In this document: positions 47,731 through 57,761 of the stretch, in pieces
How the letters are laid out: every line of letters begins with the position of its first letter
How positions within the stretch are numbered: the first letter of the stretch is position 1
Assembly (NCBI GenBank): GCA_963712115.1
Contig: CAVQGX010000031.1
Location: forward strand, 128,001-192,000
From: an uncultured delta proteobacterium
GTDB taxonomy: Bacteria > Desulfobacterota > Syntrophobacteria > BM002
Reading direction: 5' to 3'
DNA: 64,000 nt
Translations under genes and position numbers: made by a program
Notes under the pieces: generated by a model
Seen by the model: only the letters and a program-made list of their open reading frames with translations
What the model was told of the DNA's origin: nothing
The model's database searches: none

Positions 47731-47833
47731 CGATACTTTGACCGACACATATTTCTCTGCGTTCTCTGTGAGCTCTAGCGAACCCTGAGCTTCGGCGAAG
47801 GGTGAGCGGGCGAGAGATCTATCAATTGAAATA

Positions 47834-48628
47834 TTACTTGTACTGGAACTCGGGTTTGCGCTTCTCTAAGAAGGCAGTAACCCCTTCCATGGCATCCGCT
47901 GTATCTGCTGCCAGGCCAAGCAAATTGGCTTCCTTACTCAACGCCTCTCTTTGAGACATCTCTAACCCTTGCAAGACTGCGTCTAAGCACAACCGCACCG
48001 CCTCCGACGATTTCTCTGCCAGCTTTTGCGCCAATTGCTCGGCAGTTTGCATTAGTTCAGACAGGGGTACCACAGCATTCACCAAACCAATTCTGTGTGC
48101 TTCGTGGGCATCAACCATCTCTCCTGTCAAGATCATCTCGAGAGCCTTTCTTTTGCCCACCTGGCGGGGCAAGCGCACAGTTCCGCCCCAACAGGGATTG
48201 AAGGCTAAGTTAATTTCCGGCTGGCCTATATGGGCGTTCTCAGCGGCAATTGCCATGTGGCAGGCCTGAATGATTTCCGAGCCTCCTCCCAGAGCATAGC
48301 CGTTAACCGCAGCAATAACAGGTTTTCCCAACCGCTCAATAGTGGTGGTCAGCCCTTGCCCTGGCAACGAGAATTCCTCTCTAGCGGCCATTGGTCCCTT
48401 GGTGAAACTAGCCTTGATCTCCTTTATATCTGCACCGGCAATGAAAGCCTTTTCTCCGCTTCCTGTGATAATTACCACCCTGACTGAGCCGTCGCTTTTT
48501 GCCTCCTTCAAAGCATGGCTCAATTCCTTGACAGTATCTGCATTAAGAGCATTCATTACCTTTGGTCGATTTATTGTGATTTTTGCGATCCCATCCGCCT
48601 TTTCATAAATGATATTAGCGTACTCCAT
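47834..48628 (-). CDS. enoyl-CoA hydratase/crotonase
   Basis: INRPKVMNAL, AFIAGADI, NGYALGGG.E, GQPEINL, FLEKRKP. Confidence 0.93.
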   Translation of the reverse strand: MEYANIIYEKADGIAKITINRPKVMNALNADTVKELSHALKEAKSDGSVRVVIITGSGEKAFIAGADIKEIKASFTKGPMAAREEFSLPGQGLTTTIERLGKPVIAAVNGYALGGGSEIIQACHMAIAAENAHIGQPEINLAFNPCWGGTVRLPRQVGKRKALEMILTGEMVDAHEAHRIGLVNAVVPLSELMQTAEQLAQKLAEKSSEAVRLCLDAVLQGLEMSQREALSKEANLLGLAADTADAMEGVTAFLEKRKPEFQYK

Positions 48629-48724
48629 ACTTACCTCCCCTTTCAGTTAGACCATTCAAACATATTAAGTCTAAGCTACTCAGTTTGCCCTTTCAATCCA
48701 TAGTAAGTAATTGTTACAGGTTTT

Positions 48725-48940
48725 GGTAGCCAGTAGTCGGTAAGATAGCATGGGGCATGGAGTAAGTAGTCAGAGGTCAGAAGTCAGAGGTCAGAAGTCG
48801 AAATTAAGAACCCAAAATCCGGTATCCCTGATCTTTTGTCCTCTGATCTCCGACCTCTGATTTCTCAGCGCCTTGGTGCCTAGTGCTTACTGCTTAGTGC
48901 CTAGTTGAAATTGGCTGCATACTGTTAGCTGTGAGCTAGC
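48725..48940. repeat. 7-bp-period inverted-repeat tract
   Basis: GTCAGAGGTCAGAAGTCAGAGGTCAGAAGTC ... CCTCTGATCTCCGACCTCTGA plus TAGTGC units; related tract at ~63100-63200. Confidence 0.7.
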
Positions 48941-49178
48941 ATTTATTTCCTCTTGCTCCTGACCCGATGCTATGTTATCCAATACCCACTACTATTATTG
49001 ACTGAAAAAGTTTCTTCTTTGGCCCATGCTATCTTCACCTTCTCTAGTCTGGCAAGATTAATTAAATTGCATCTACAAGTTAAATGGTGTTTACCCCAGA
49101 CCTTCTTAGCCACCTTGATTAAAGGAATGCATGGAACATCACAAAGCCCTTTAGCGACAAGTGACAATAGGAGGCAAA

Positions 49179-50189
49179 ATGGCTCTGAAAAACGATGAAA
49201 AGCTAAAAGAGGTCCTGGCGTCCATTGAAGGCCATGCTTCTTCCATTACCGCTTACGTGGATTCATTTAAGCAACGGATAGAAGACTTGGAGAAACTAAA
49301 GGCTGAAGCAGAGGAAAAGGTTGCCAAGGCCGAAGAAAGGGCTAGAAATGCAGAGGAGCAGCATGCAGAAACTCTAAAGAAACTGGGGCAAGTGGAGGCA
49401 AGGGAAAGCACTAATTATGCTCCTCTGATCAAGGAATTATTCAAAGAGCCCCAGCAGGAACTTCAAAAACAGTTGAAGAGCCAGAGCCTTTGGTTCGTGG
49501 GTGTAGCTCTGGCGGTTGCGGTTCTTTCAGTTATCGTTGGCGTATCGGTAATTTCCTTCTATTCAGTTAGAAATATTAGAAACACAACTACTAACATAAA
49601 CCCCATAGCACCGACTCAGATCGAAGCCACCCTTACCCAAGCCCTCGCCCATCTAGATACAAAGACCCAGAAGTCTATCGAGAGAATTTCCTCGGAGACG
49701 TCTAAGATTGCTGAAGATATTGCCTATATTACCCAAGAACGACGGCTGGTTGAGCAAATCGTATTGGAGATCGAAAAGTTTCAAAAAGAATTCGCCCCGT
49801 TGAGAAGCAGAAACGACGTCCGTCTTATGTATAAAATGCGATTGTCCCCACACCATCAGTCAAAGTACGTCTCGTTTTATGAGGCCTTAAAAGCGAGTAA
49901 CATAGCCGCTGATCTCATTCCCACAGATCTCAATGATTTTTACATCTGGGACAAGCAGATGTTACACATTTTTTCAAGACTTCTTCAGAAAGTTAACTCA
50001 GTCAAATATGAGTATGATCAGTTACCCAATGAGATTTTGAGGTTCAGCAATTATAAAGACCAGATTGACGCGACCAAATATGGAGTCTGGAGCATTGAAA
50101 TAGAGGATCCCTCACAACTGCTTGCCTACCTGGAAAAGCAAGTCGAACTCTATAAAAAACAAATCCTGCTCAACAACAGGGAATTGTGA
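49179..50189 (+). CDS. hypothetical coiled-coil membrane-anchored protein
   Basis: AGGAGG RBS; N-terminal coiled coil, central TM helix. Confidence 0.75.
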   Translation: MALKNDEKLKEVLASIEGHASSITAYVDSFKQRIEDLEKLKAEAEEKVAKAEERARNAEEQHAETLKKLGQVEARESTNYAPLIKELFKEPQQELQKQLKSQSLWFVGVALAVAVLSVIVGVSVISFYSVRNIRNTTTNINPIAPTQIEATLTQALAHLDTKTQKSIERISSETSKIAEDIAYITQERRLVEQIVLEIEKFQKEFAPLRSRNDVRLMYKMRLSPHHQSKYVSFYEALKASNIAADLIPTDLNDFYIWDKQMLHIFSRLLQKVNSVKYEYDQLPNEILRFSNYKDQIDATKYGVWSIEIEDPSQLLAYLEKQVELYKKQILLNNREL

Positions 50190-50348
50190 TTTTGGCTAGC
50201 CCTCGGCTTGCAGCCACCTCAGATTACTGTCTGGAGAGCACGAAGATATCTTTAGATTAAACCCCGTGCTGCCAACTCTCAAGGAACCTGCCTTCTTTGG
50301 GCAAGTAAATGACACTGACCTGCCGAGACACGACTTTTTTGGGAAAAA

Positions 50349-50966
50349 GTGATCAGAAGACGCAAAAAATACAGACAGGCATACGGGGTGCGACTCCTAT
50401 TGTCGCAGCACCCCGAGATAAGGAAACTCAAGCGGTTTAACGCTCCCTCGGTTCACGGCAACAGGCTTTGGAAGTCAACCTGGGTATTGATGGATTACTT
50501 GCACCGTCGAGGTTTATCGGAGGGTGTGCGGGTTATGGAGATCGGTTGCGGCTGGGGATTGCTGGGCATATATTGCGCAAAAAAGTATGGTGCCAGAGTA
50601 ATTTCCGTTGACCTCGATACCGAGATTTTTCCATACCTAGAGTTGCACGCCAAGGTAAACGAGGTTGAGATTTCCACTTTGAAAAAGGACTTTGACGGCC
50701 TAAGAACCAAGCATCTAAAGGAAGTAGATCTTTTGATCGGTGCTGATGTTTGCTTCTGGCACACCCTGGCAAAACCACTAAAGAACCTTGTTCTTCGGGC
50801 TCTCCGGGCAGGCGTTCAACAGGTGCTCATATCTGATCCTGGACGGCCACCTTTCGAAGAGATAGGTGAGTACTTTGCTAGTAGAAAAGGAGGCGAGATT
50901 CTGGATTGGACGGCGCAGCGACCGCGACGGAGTGAGGGTAGAATACTCAAAATCAACAGAATGTAG
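50349..50966 (+). CDS. class I SAM-dependent methyltransferase (family 16-like)
   Basis: G..LW.S, VMEIGCGWG, LLIGADV, SDPGR. Confidence 0.85.
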   Translation: MIRRRKKYRQAYGVRLLLSQHPEIRKLKRFNAPSVHGNRLWKSTWVLMDYLHRRGLSEGVRVMEIGCGWGLLGIYCAKKYGARVISVDLDTEIFPYLELHAKVNEVEISTLKKDFDGLRTKHLKEVDLLIGADVCFWHTLAKPLKNLVLRALRAGVQQVLISDPGRPPFEEIGEYFASRKGGEILDWTAQRPRRSEGRILKINRM

Positions 50967-51075
50967 ATTCTAGATTGCAGATTTCAGATTGAGGAGCTGC
51001 ATGGTTCCGATTTGTCTCAATCCTATGTCTTAGATTTCCAGTCTAAAATCCGCAATCCGCAATCCGAAATTCCTA

Positions 51076-51786
51076 ATGGACCTATACTCCATAACAGATT
51101 CCTTTTTGGCAGAACTGCAGCTTTTGCGTTTCGGCCCTCCAGTCAGCCACGTTTACAATCCCCTTGAATATGCTCGAGCACCTTATGATCAATACTTGGA
51201 CCTTTATTCTAGACGCCCCATAGAGATACTCCTCCTCGGGATGAATCCCGGTCCGTGGGGAATGGCCCAGACCGGCGTCCCTTTCGGTGAGGTGGCAGCC
51301 GTCAGAGAGTGGCTGCGTATAGAGGCACCCGTGGGCTCTCCCGCTGAATTGCACCCCAAGCGGTCGGTAGAGGGTTTCGCCTGTCCAAAAAGTGAGGTTA
51401 GTGGCAGGAGATTGTGGGGGTGGGCTAAAAAGCGGTTCAGAACGCCGGAGGGATTTTTCGCTCGTTTCTTTGTAGTCAACTACTGCCCATTGCTTTTCAT
51501 TGAATCCAGTGGCCGCAACAGGACTCCAAATAACCTCCAAGCTGTTGAAAAGAAACCTTTGCTTGAAACATGTGACAGGATTCTTCGTCGTACCGTCCAG
51601 TGGCTTAAACCACGTTATGTCGTGGGAGTGGGACAATTTGCTGCAGAACGAGCCGAAATTGCCCTGGCAGGGCTTGAGTTAACCATAGGTCGTATCACCC
51701 ATCCAAGTCCTGCAAATCCCAAAGCGAATCGAGGCTGGGAGAATATAGTCACCAAAGAATTTAGAGATTTGGGGATAAAAGTCTAG
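51076..51786 (+). CDS. SMUG1-type (family 3) uracil-DNA glycosylase
   Basis: GMNPGPWGMAQTGVPFG, SEVSG.RLW, NYCP, HPSP. Confidence 0.93.
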   Translation: MDLYSITDSFLAELQLLRFGPPVSHVYNPLEYARAPYDQYLDLYSRRPIEILLLGMNPGPWGMAQTGVPFGEVAAVREWLRIEAPVGSPAELHPKRSVEGFACPKSEVSGRRLWGWAKKRFRTPEGFFARFFVVNYCPLLFIESSGRNRTPNNLQAVEKKPLLETCDRILRRTVQWLKPRYVVGVGQFAAERAEIALAGLELTIGRITHPSPANPKANRGWENIVTKEFRDLGIKV

Positions 51787-51973
51787 TTATTTTATGATTG
51801 TAGATTTAAGATTGCAGATATAGAGTTTCGGATTGCGTGAATTTCACAGTTTCGATGTTGCCTCAATCTGAAACCCGCAATTCGAAACTCGAAACCTTAG
51901 TCGTGGAAGAGACAGTTTCCTTGCTAGTAACCCGCAGGACGTCGTTTGAAACTTAAGCCATGAGGTAGTTATT

Positions 51974-52621
51974 ATGAGTCGTTACATTGACCTAACTCAC
52001 AGGATCGAGGAAGACATGGTCGTCTTTCCCGGGGATCCCCCACCTGAAATCAGGGAAGTCATGACTCTCGGACAAGACATTTACACAGTGCAGTCTATCC
52101 GCTTTAATAACCATATCGGCACTCACCTGGACGCGCCGTCACACTTCATTGAAGGTGGAATGACCGTTGACAAGATTCCACTGGAATCCCTCATTGGCAA
52201 GGCAGTCATTCTGGACTTCACTAACAAGGGGAAAAATGACCTTATCACCAAAGAGGACCTCCAAACCCACAATTATCGTATCCTTCCCGGCTCTCGAGTG
52301 CTCATAAAAACGGGCTGGGATCTCCGTTTCACCTCGGATGCTTTCTATGAGCATTTCCCTTGCCTAACCCAGGAGGCGGCTGAGTATCTGGTGCAACTAA
52401 AAATAAGATTGCTCGGCATGGACACACCCTCACCCAGCCCCATTGATGACCCCGGTCAGACTATTCACAAAACACTTCTTGGTGCCGGGATAGTTATTCT
52501 CGAATCCGTTAAGAATCTGACCTTAATCTACCGGAATCAATGCCAAATCATTGTCCTCCCTCCACTCATAAAAGACTTCAGTGGGGCACCTTGTCGTGTA
52601 GTCGCAGTGCTGGAAGAATAG
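51974..52621 (+). CDS. cyclase family metal-dependent hydrolase (KynB-like)
   Basis: HIGTHLDAPSHF, GMDTPS, GAPCRV. Confidence 0.9.
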   Translation: MSRYIDLTHRIEEDMVVFPGDPPPEIREVMTLGQDIYTVQSIRFNNHIGTHLDAPSHFIEGGMTVDKIPLESLIGKAVILDFTNKGKNDLITKEDLQTHNYRILPGSRVLIKTGWDLRFTSDAFYEHFPCLTQEAAEYLVQLKIRLLGMDTPSPSPIDDPGQTIHKTLLGAGIVILESVKNLTLIYRNQCQIIVLPPLIKDFSGAPCRVVAVLEE

Positions 52622-52773
52622 TTCGGGTATTCAAACACAGCTCTTGACATCCAACAGAATCCAGCTCTATGCTGAGCACCGTGAAAAAGAGGATTCTACA
52701 GTATTTTTGCGCTCCGCAATTTGACAATATTCTTTAGTGGATAATTGGCTTTAGGTTGAGATGGAGGTGATAA

Positions 52774-54084
52774 ATGAAAAACCATATCTACATTGCCCTA
52801 TCTTGCGCCATCCTGATGTCATGCATAAGCTGCCAAGCCGCTGGCGAGAAAAGAGTTGTTCAAGAACCTACAATGAAAAGCGTCTTTTACCTGCCCGCTG
52901 AGGTAATCGAAGTTCAGCAAAATTCTGTGACTTTGAGAGTCGAGAAACCTCCCTTGCTTGAAGAAGAGGCTAAACTGGCACTGCAACTTGCTCAAGAGCT
53001 AATAGAAAAAACTTATCTCCTAGAAGGACAGAAAACCAGTGTAAACCAGTCGAGAGTTGAAGTTGTAAGGATCATAGGAAGCGATATATTGCTCCAGATT
53101 CTCGATAAGTCGCATAGTTTCAAACCTGCTGACCGGGTTCAAATCTTGCTTGCAAAGAAAATCATAGCCATTAAAGATTTCGAAGTAATAATGGGAACAA
53201 ATAAACAGGCTGCCAAGTATGTTCAGGAAGATGTGACTACGGCTCTGGTAAATTCAGGCCAATTCAACGTGGTGGAACGGTCAAAGTTGCAGTCTGTTTT
53301 GGACGAATTTAAATTGGCCCAAGCAGGGCTGATAGATCCTGCCGGCGCCAAACAGATCGGTAAACTCCTCGGTGCAGACCTCATACTGACGGGCACACTC
53401 GCAGCCACAGGAGATGAATGGAATGTTAACTTAAGAGTTATAAACACAGAAACCGGTCTGATTATCGCGGCCCTCAGCAAGAAAGGGCGTCTGCACGAGC
53501 TTAAACCTGAGGCTTTCAGGGAGATGAAAAACATTGATGGAAGTTTTGAAGACAAGACTTCGGATATGGCCGGATGGATCCTCGGTGAATTCAAAAAAGG
53601 TAGAACCGGTGTAGGAGGCTATCAAACAGTTTACGTCGACGAGACTCAGGGTGCAGCTGGCACACAAAAATCTCTGGCCCTGGATTTCAACTTGGGTACC
53701 AAGAGAGTTGAGAAGTTCAAGAACCTGCCAATTCACGCCAGTATAACTAATCGACTCAAGCGTGATCTTGCCAACTATTCGGGGATAAAGTTCTATATGA
53801 AGGCCGATAGAGACCTTACGGTCTGGTTTCAAGTCGCCGACAGCCAAGAAGGCTCCGAGTTTGAGGAGAATTGGTTTCGCAGTATATCAGTGACAAAAGA
53901 CTGGAAAGAAACGCGCATCCCTTTTAATTCACTGTCAATTCAAAAAAAACGCGCTCAGGGGCAAGGCACAAATCAAATCCTTCAACTCAATTATATTGAA
54001 AGAATCAATTGGCTAGTCCATGAGGGTAGTTTTGGGCGTGGCGAAGAGGCCAAAATCTGGCTTGACGAGGTTACTTTCTATTAA
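52774..54084 (+). CDS. lipoprotein with CsgG/FlgO-like domain and C-terminal carbohydrate-binding (CBM11/CIA30-like) domain
   Basis: Lipobox, FNVVERS.L..VLDE, IGKLLGAD, RIPF..L, IWLDEV.FY. Confidence 0.75.
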   Translation: MKNHIYIALSCAILMSCISCQAAGEKRVVQEPTMKSVFYLPAEVIEVQQNSVTLRVEKPPLLEEEAKLALQLAQELIEKTYLLEGQKTSVNQSRVEVVRIIGSDILLQILDKSHSFKPADRVQILLAKKIIAIKDFEVIMGTNKQAAKYVQEDVTTALVNSGQFNVVERSKLQSVLDEFKLAQAGLIDPAGAKQIGKLLGADLILTGTLAATGDEWNVNLRVINTETGLIIAALSKKGRLHELKPEAFREMKNIDGSFEDKTSDMAGWILGEFKKGRTGVGGYQTVYVDETQGAAGTQKSLALDFNLGTKRVEKFKNLPIHASITNRLKRDLANYSGIKFYMKADRDLTVWFQVADSQEGSEFEENWFRSISVTKDWKETRIPFNSLSIQKKRAQGQGTNQILQLNYIERINWLVHEGSFGRGEEAKIWLDEVTFY

Positions 54085-54130
54085 ATCCCAGCTCTTCCCA
54101 AGTGGTTCAAAAAGCCAAAGGATCAATCAC

Positions 54131-55039
54131 ATGCAAGAAGACATGAGAGACATCCCTTACCTGAATGAAGAAGATGTATTAAGACTGAATTTTATTAGGG
54201 ATCCTGGTGCTTATATCTACCGCAGGCATTACCGGCAAGGACTACGCTCCCACATCCTGGAAGTGCTGAGCCATGAGGATGTGGAAAACGAGAAAAATGG
54301 GGTGATCATCGACGGTGCCAAGTGGTACCCCAGGGCAGAGCCTCTGAAGATGCTGAGGATATTCCGAACGAGATTCCAGGACTTGCAGGAGGCTAAAGAG
54401 GAAGTTGAAAGAGTAAAGATGATTGAGTCCTACCTGGGCCCGGACAATTTTGCCAAATCCGACGAATTTCTGGTGGACTATGAACTGAATGGAAAACGGG
54501 AAATCCTCTTGTGCGGCCTACAAGAGTATATAAAGGGCGCCATATTGGACCCCTGGGACCGGCTGGACGACAGCCATTTGATTTCTATCCTCCGGCGTAT
54601 CAGTTTTGAAACATTTGAGGATGCAGAGGAAATTGGCGATCAGTGGACAAGTGAAGTCCGGGTCAAGGCAAAGGAGTTTATTACAAAAATTAAGAAAATG
54701 ATCTCGGAGGCAAATCATGTCCCGGACCTCGCCGGCATAGGCAATCTGCTGCTTACTAGGGAGGGAGACATTAAGCTTGTGGATATCAACAACATATCCC
54801 ATGTGTCCTTTGATCCACAGGTCAGAATAGATGACAGGGGTTATCCGGTCTGCGACAAATCCATCGAATCTTTATCACTCCTTGAACAAGGATTGCTCAA
54901 GAAACCCCTGCCGGAAGATGATGTCATTTATAAAGCATACCTTGAACCTGGCAGGATGGAAGAAGTTAAAGCCATAGAGAAAGAATTCCTCCTTGCCATG
55001 GAAGAAGAGACCGCTGATGTTGAAATTTCCCCATCCTAG
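54131..55039 (+). CDS. hypothetical protein with kinase-like catalytic motifs
   Basis: LQEYIKG ... PDLAGIGNLLL ... IKLVDINN. Confidence 0.7.
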   Translation: MQEDMRDIPYLNEEDVLRLNFIRDPGAYIYRRHYRQGLRSHILEVLSHEDVENEKNGVIIDGAKWYPRAEPLKMLRIFRTRFQDLQEAKEEVERVKMIESYLGPDNFAKSDEFLVDYELNGKREILLCGLQEYIKGAILDPWDRLDDSHLISILRRISFETFEDAEEIGDQWTSEVRVKAKEFITKIKKMISEANHVPDLAGIGNLLLTREGDIKLVDINNISHVSFDPQVRIDDRGYPVCDKSIESLSLLEQGLLKKPLPEDDVIYKAYLEPGRMEEVKAIEKEFLLAMEEETADVEISPS

Positions 55040-55052
55040 CCCCCGAAAATAA

Positions 55053-55910
55053 ATGCTTACAACAGTTCCCGCTGCAAAATCTCCCCCAACCATACCGCCG
55101 GTTCAGTCGGCGGATTACCAAAGTGCAAAGAGCACAAAGATCCGCCTGAATTGGAGTCTGACTGTTCTGGCTTTAGCAATCATCCTGTGGTGCATGGGCT
55201 GCGGAGGTGCCACTTACCTGTCACCCGAGCCAAGGCCCGTTGCTCAGAAGGAAACACTTGCCCAGCTGGGTTATTCTGTTCAGGTGGGAGCATTTGCCAA
55301 TCTGGACAATGCTGTCCGACTCAGTGAGGCATTAGAGCGCTATGGCCTGGACGCCTACTATTTTGTCCACGAAACAGGGCTCTACAGAGTTCGTTTCGGT
55401 GATTTTCCCACCAAAGAGGCTGCCCGCAGGAAGGCAGAGTATGTTCGTGCTGCAGGAATAATAGAAGAATATTGGATAGTTAGCCCCGCGGACTATGCAG
55501 TGCGAAAACAGAGAAAATACGGCGGCAGAATCGATCTCAGAAATGAGATCGTCGGAACCGCAAAGAGATTCATCGGGACTCCTTACAGATGGGGGGGAAC
55601 CTCACCCGACGAAGGGTTCGATTGCAGCGGTTTGACCATGGTAGTTTATCAACTGAATGGATTGAAGTTGCCTCGCTCATCGCGACAACAATATGGGGCA
55701 GGAATTCCAATCGGCCGAAATGAACTATTGCAGGGTGACTTGGTCTTTTTTGCCACTTCCGGCGGCAGAAGAATTTCTCATGTGGGCATCTATGTTGGCA
55801 AAGGGAGATTCATTCACGCCCCGGGGAGGGGCAAGAAAATCCGAACTAGTCTGCTCACAAGAAGATATTACAAAACTCGGTACATGGGAGCTAGGAGTTA
55901 TTTGAGGTGA
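55053..55910 (+). CDS. SPOR-domain NlpC/P60 peptidoglycan peptidase
   Basis: YSVQVGAF/YRVRFG SPOR; GTPYRWGG, FDCSG, GDLVFF, HVGIY, FIHAP; true start uncertain. Confidence 0.9.
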   Translation: MLTTVPAAKSPPTIPPVQSADYQSAKSTKIRLNWSLTVLALAIILWCMGCGGATYLSPEPRPVAQKETLAQLGYSVQVGAFANLDNAVRLSEALERYGLDAYYFVHETGLYRVRFGDFPTKEAARRKAEYVRAAGIIEEYWIVSPADYAVRKQRKYGGRIDLRNEIVGTAKRFIGTPYRWGGTSPDEGFDCSGLTMVVYQLNGLKLPRSSRQQYGAGIPIGRNELLQGDLVFFATSGGRRISHVGIYVGKGRFIHAPGRGKKIRTSLLTRRYYKTRYMGARSYLR

Positions 55911-56036
55911 AATGGTCTTGCTGAGCTCACTGGATACCGGATCTCTCCTTCGGCTCGTCCGGTATGACGATTGGCTATATTTGTGCGCTCTCTCAACAGA
56001 CTGCTCATGGCTTCAGTCATAGCCTGGCGTTAAATA

Positions 56037-56870
56037 ATGCCTCTTATGCGACCTCTATCTGACCATATTTATTTTGCCCAGGATGAAGGCCGTCCACTAG
56101 TGATGGCTCATCGAGGCGGTGGCGGTCTTTGGCCGGAAAATACCCTTTACGCATTTGAACGTGCGGCAGAGATGGGGGCAGATGTAATAGAGACAGAGAT
56201 TCATTCCACCTCAGATAACAACCTGGTTTTCATTCATGATGAAACCGTTGATAGAACTACCAACGGCACAGGCAAGGTTAACTCACTTACTCTTAAGGAA
56301 TTAAAAGAATTTGATGCGGGCCATAACTGGACAGCAGACGGGGGGCGGACTTTTCCTTTTCGGGGGAAGGGGATCACCGTGCCCACCTTAGAAGAGGTTT
56401 TCACTGCCCTTCCGAACATACGAATAAATATAGATATGAAACAGATTAATCCCCCTTTGGCCGCAAAGCTCTGCGAGATGGTCCATTCCTTCAATATGGC
56501 GAAGAAAGTAATGGTCGCTTCCTTTAGCACCAGAGCTCTACACGATTTTAGGCGAATTTGCTCCGAGGTCGCCACCTCCGCCAGCAGACGAGAGGTGACT
56601 CTGTTTTTCTTTATGAACCTGATCTTCCTTGGAGCGGCTTATGGACCACCCTGTCATGCCCTCCAAATCCCTGAATACAGCAGCGGACTGCATGTGCTCA
56701 CCAAAAGATTTCTGCAAACAGCACACAGTAGCAACCTTAAGGTTCATGTTTGGACCGTCAACCAGGTGGAAGATATGAAACGATTGCTCGAACTGGGCGT
56801 GGATGGCATTATCACAGACTATCCCGACCAGTTAATTTCTTTGCTGATTGACATGAAGGGCAGGCCTTAA
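56037..56870 (+). CDS. glycerophosphodiester phosphodiesterase
   Basis: AHRGG, PENT, IHD.TVDRTT, VWTVN, GVDGIITDYP. Confidence 0.92.
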   Translation: MPLMRPLSDHIYFAQDEGRPLVMAHRGGGGLWPENTLYAFERAAEMGADVIETEIHSTSDNNLVFIHDETVDRTTNGTGKVNSLTLKELKEFDAGHNWTADGGRTFPFRGKGITVPTLEEVFTALPNIRINIDMKQINPPLAAKLCEMVHSFNMAKKVMVASFSTRALHDFRRICSEVATSASRREVTLFFFMNLIFLGAAYGPPCHALQIPEYSSGLHVLTKRFLQTAHSSNLKVHVWTVNQVEDMKRLLELGVDGIITDYPDQLISLLIDMKGRP

Positions 56871-56886
56871 ATTAGAATGGACCTCC

Positions 56887-57078
56887 TCACTCTTCCACTT
56901 CTTCCTCTATCGCCTTCTGCTCCTCAGCCTTTTCTTGCTCGGCTCGTTCTTTTTCGGCTTTTTTTCTTATCGCTTCCTCTTTCTTAGCCTGCTCCTTCAT
57001 CACTTTTGCCCAGTATTGCTCCCTCTCCTTCCTCTTCTCTTTCCGTTTCTCTTTGCCGCTTCTGGGGTTCTTCGCCAT
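56887..57078 (-). CDS. small Lys/Glu-rich hypothetical protein
   Basis: 63-aa ORF with GAGGTG RBS, charged coiled-coil composition. Confidence 0.55.
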   Translation of the reverse strand: MAKNPRSGKEKRKEKRKEREQYWAKVMKEQAKKEEAIRKKAEKERAEQEKAEEQKAIEEEVEE

Positions 57079-57144
57079 CGATCACCTCTCTTTCTCCAAC
57101 TGCAGTCGACCTAGCTCATGAATTCAGCTGCCAAAAATTTACAG

Positions 57145-57480
57145 TCAGTCCTTTAGCCACGGCTTTGCTAATTCAGACAGGAGGACACTAAGCACACAAC
57201 CGCTCACAAAGAACCAGACAGAGGCATGGACAGACAACATTCCTTGAACAAATTCCTTTAATCCCAACAGCCCCCCTTCTCTTGTGGCAGCCCATTGAAC
57301 CAATCCCACCGGCACAAACTGGGCAAAAGGCGCTCCCTGCCATTCTCCAGTCTGGAACCACTTCCAATATTGAATCAGAAAAATAAGAATCGCCATAAAT
57401 GTCCCAGCCCCGGCTGGGAATAAGGTGACAAACTTGAACTGCTTGGCCACACCCTCTTGGTTGGTCTCTTTTCTCGCCAT
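57145..57480 (-). CDS. hypothetical two-TM membrane protein
   Basis: GAGGTG RBS, two hydrophobic segments. Confidence 0.65.
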   Translation of the reverse strand: MARKETNQEGVAKQFKFVTLFPAGAGTFMAILIFLIQYWKWFQTGEWQGAPFAQFVPVGLVQWAATREGGLLGLKEFVQGMLSVHASVWFFVSGCVLSVLLSELAKPWLKD

Positions 57481-57761
57481 TCAAATCACCTCATTTAGCC
57501 CGGATGGTAAACTGTGGATCTAACCAGCCTAAAATTTTAACAGAGCTGACATTACCACGAAACACCTTCCATATTAAATGATTTAAGCCAACATAGGAAA
57601 TCCGGCAACGCTAAACCTATGGCAATCTTGTCTTATTAGCATGAATCTTGCTTCCACTATGAAGCAACATCCAGATTGGAAATAGCTGTTCAGGTTGCAC
57701 TGGAGTGACTTTCCAGCCGATATCAATGAAGTTGAATCAGTTATAAATAAGAGAGGACTTT

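Larger units (their letters stand above)
46832..47818 (+). mobile_element. GxxExxY-carrying element, copy C (most complete)
   Basis: ATCTCTCACAGAGCTCACAGAG ... CTCTGTGAGCTCT[insert]GCGAGAGAT termini; upstream and downstream four-way junctions around an intact GxxExxY gene. Confidence 0.8.

Noticed and set aside
51076-51786. SMUG1 as a eukaryote-to-bacterium transfer novelty
   Set aside because: Family 3 UDGs are already known in bacteria such as Geobacter.
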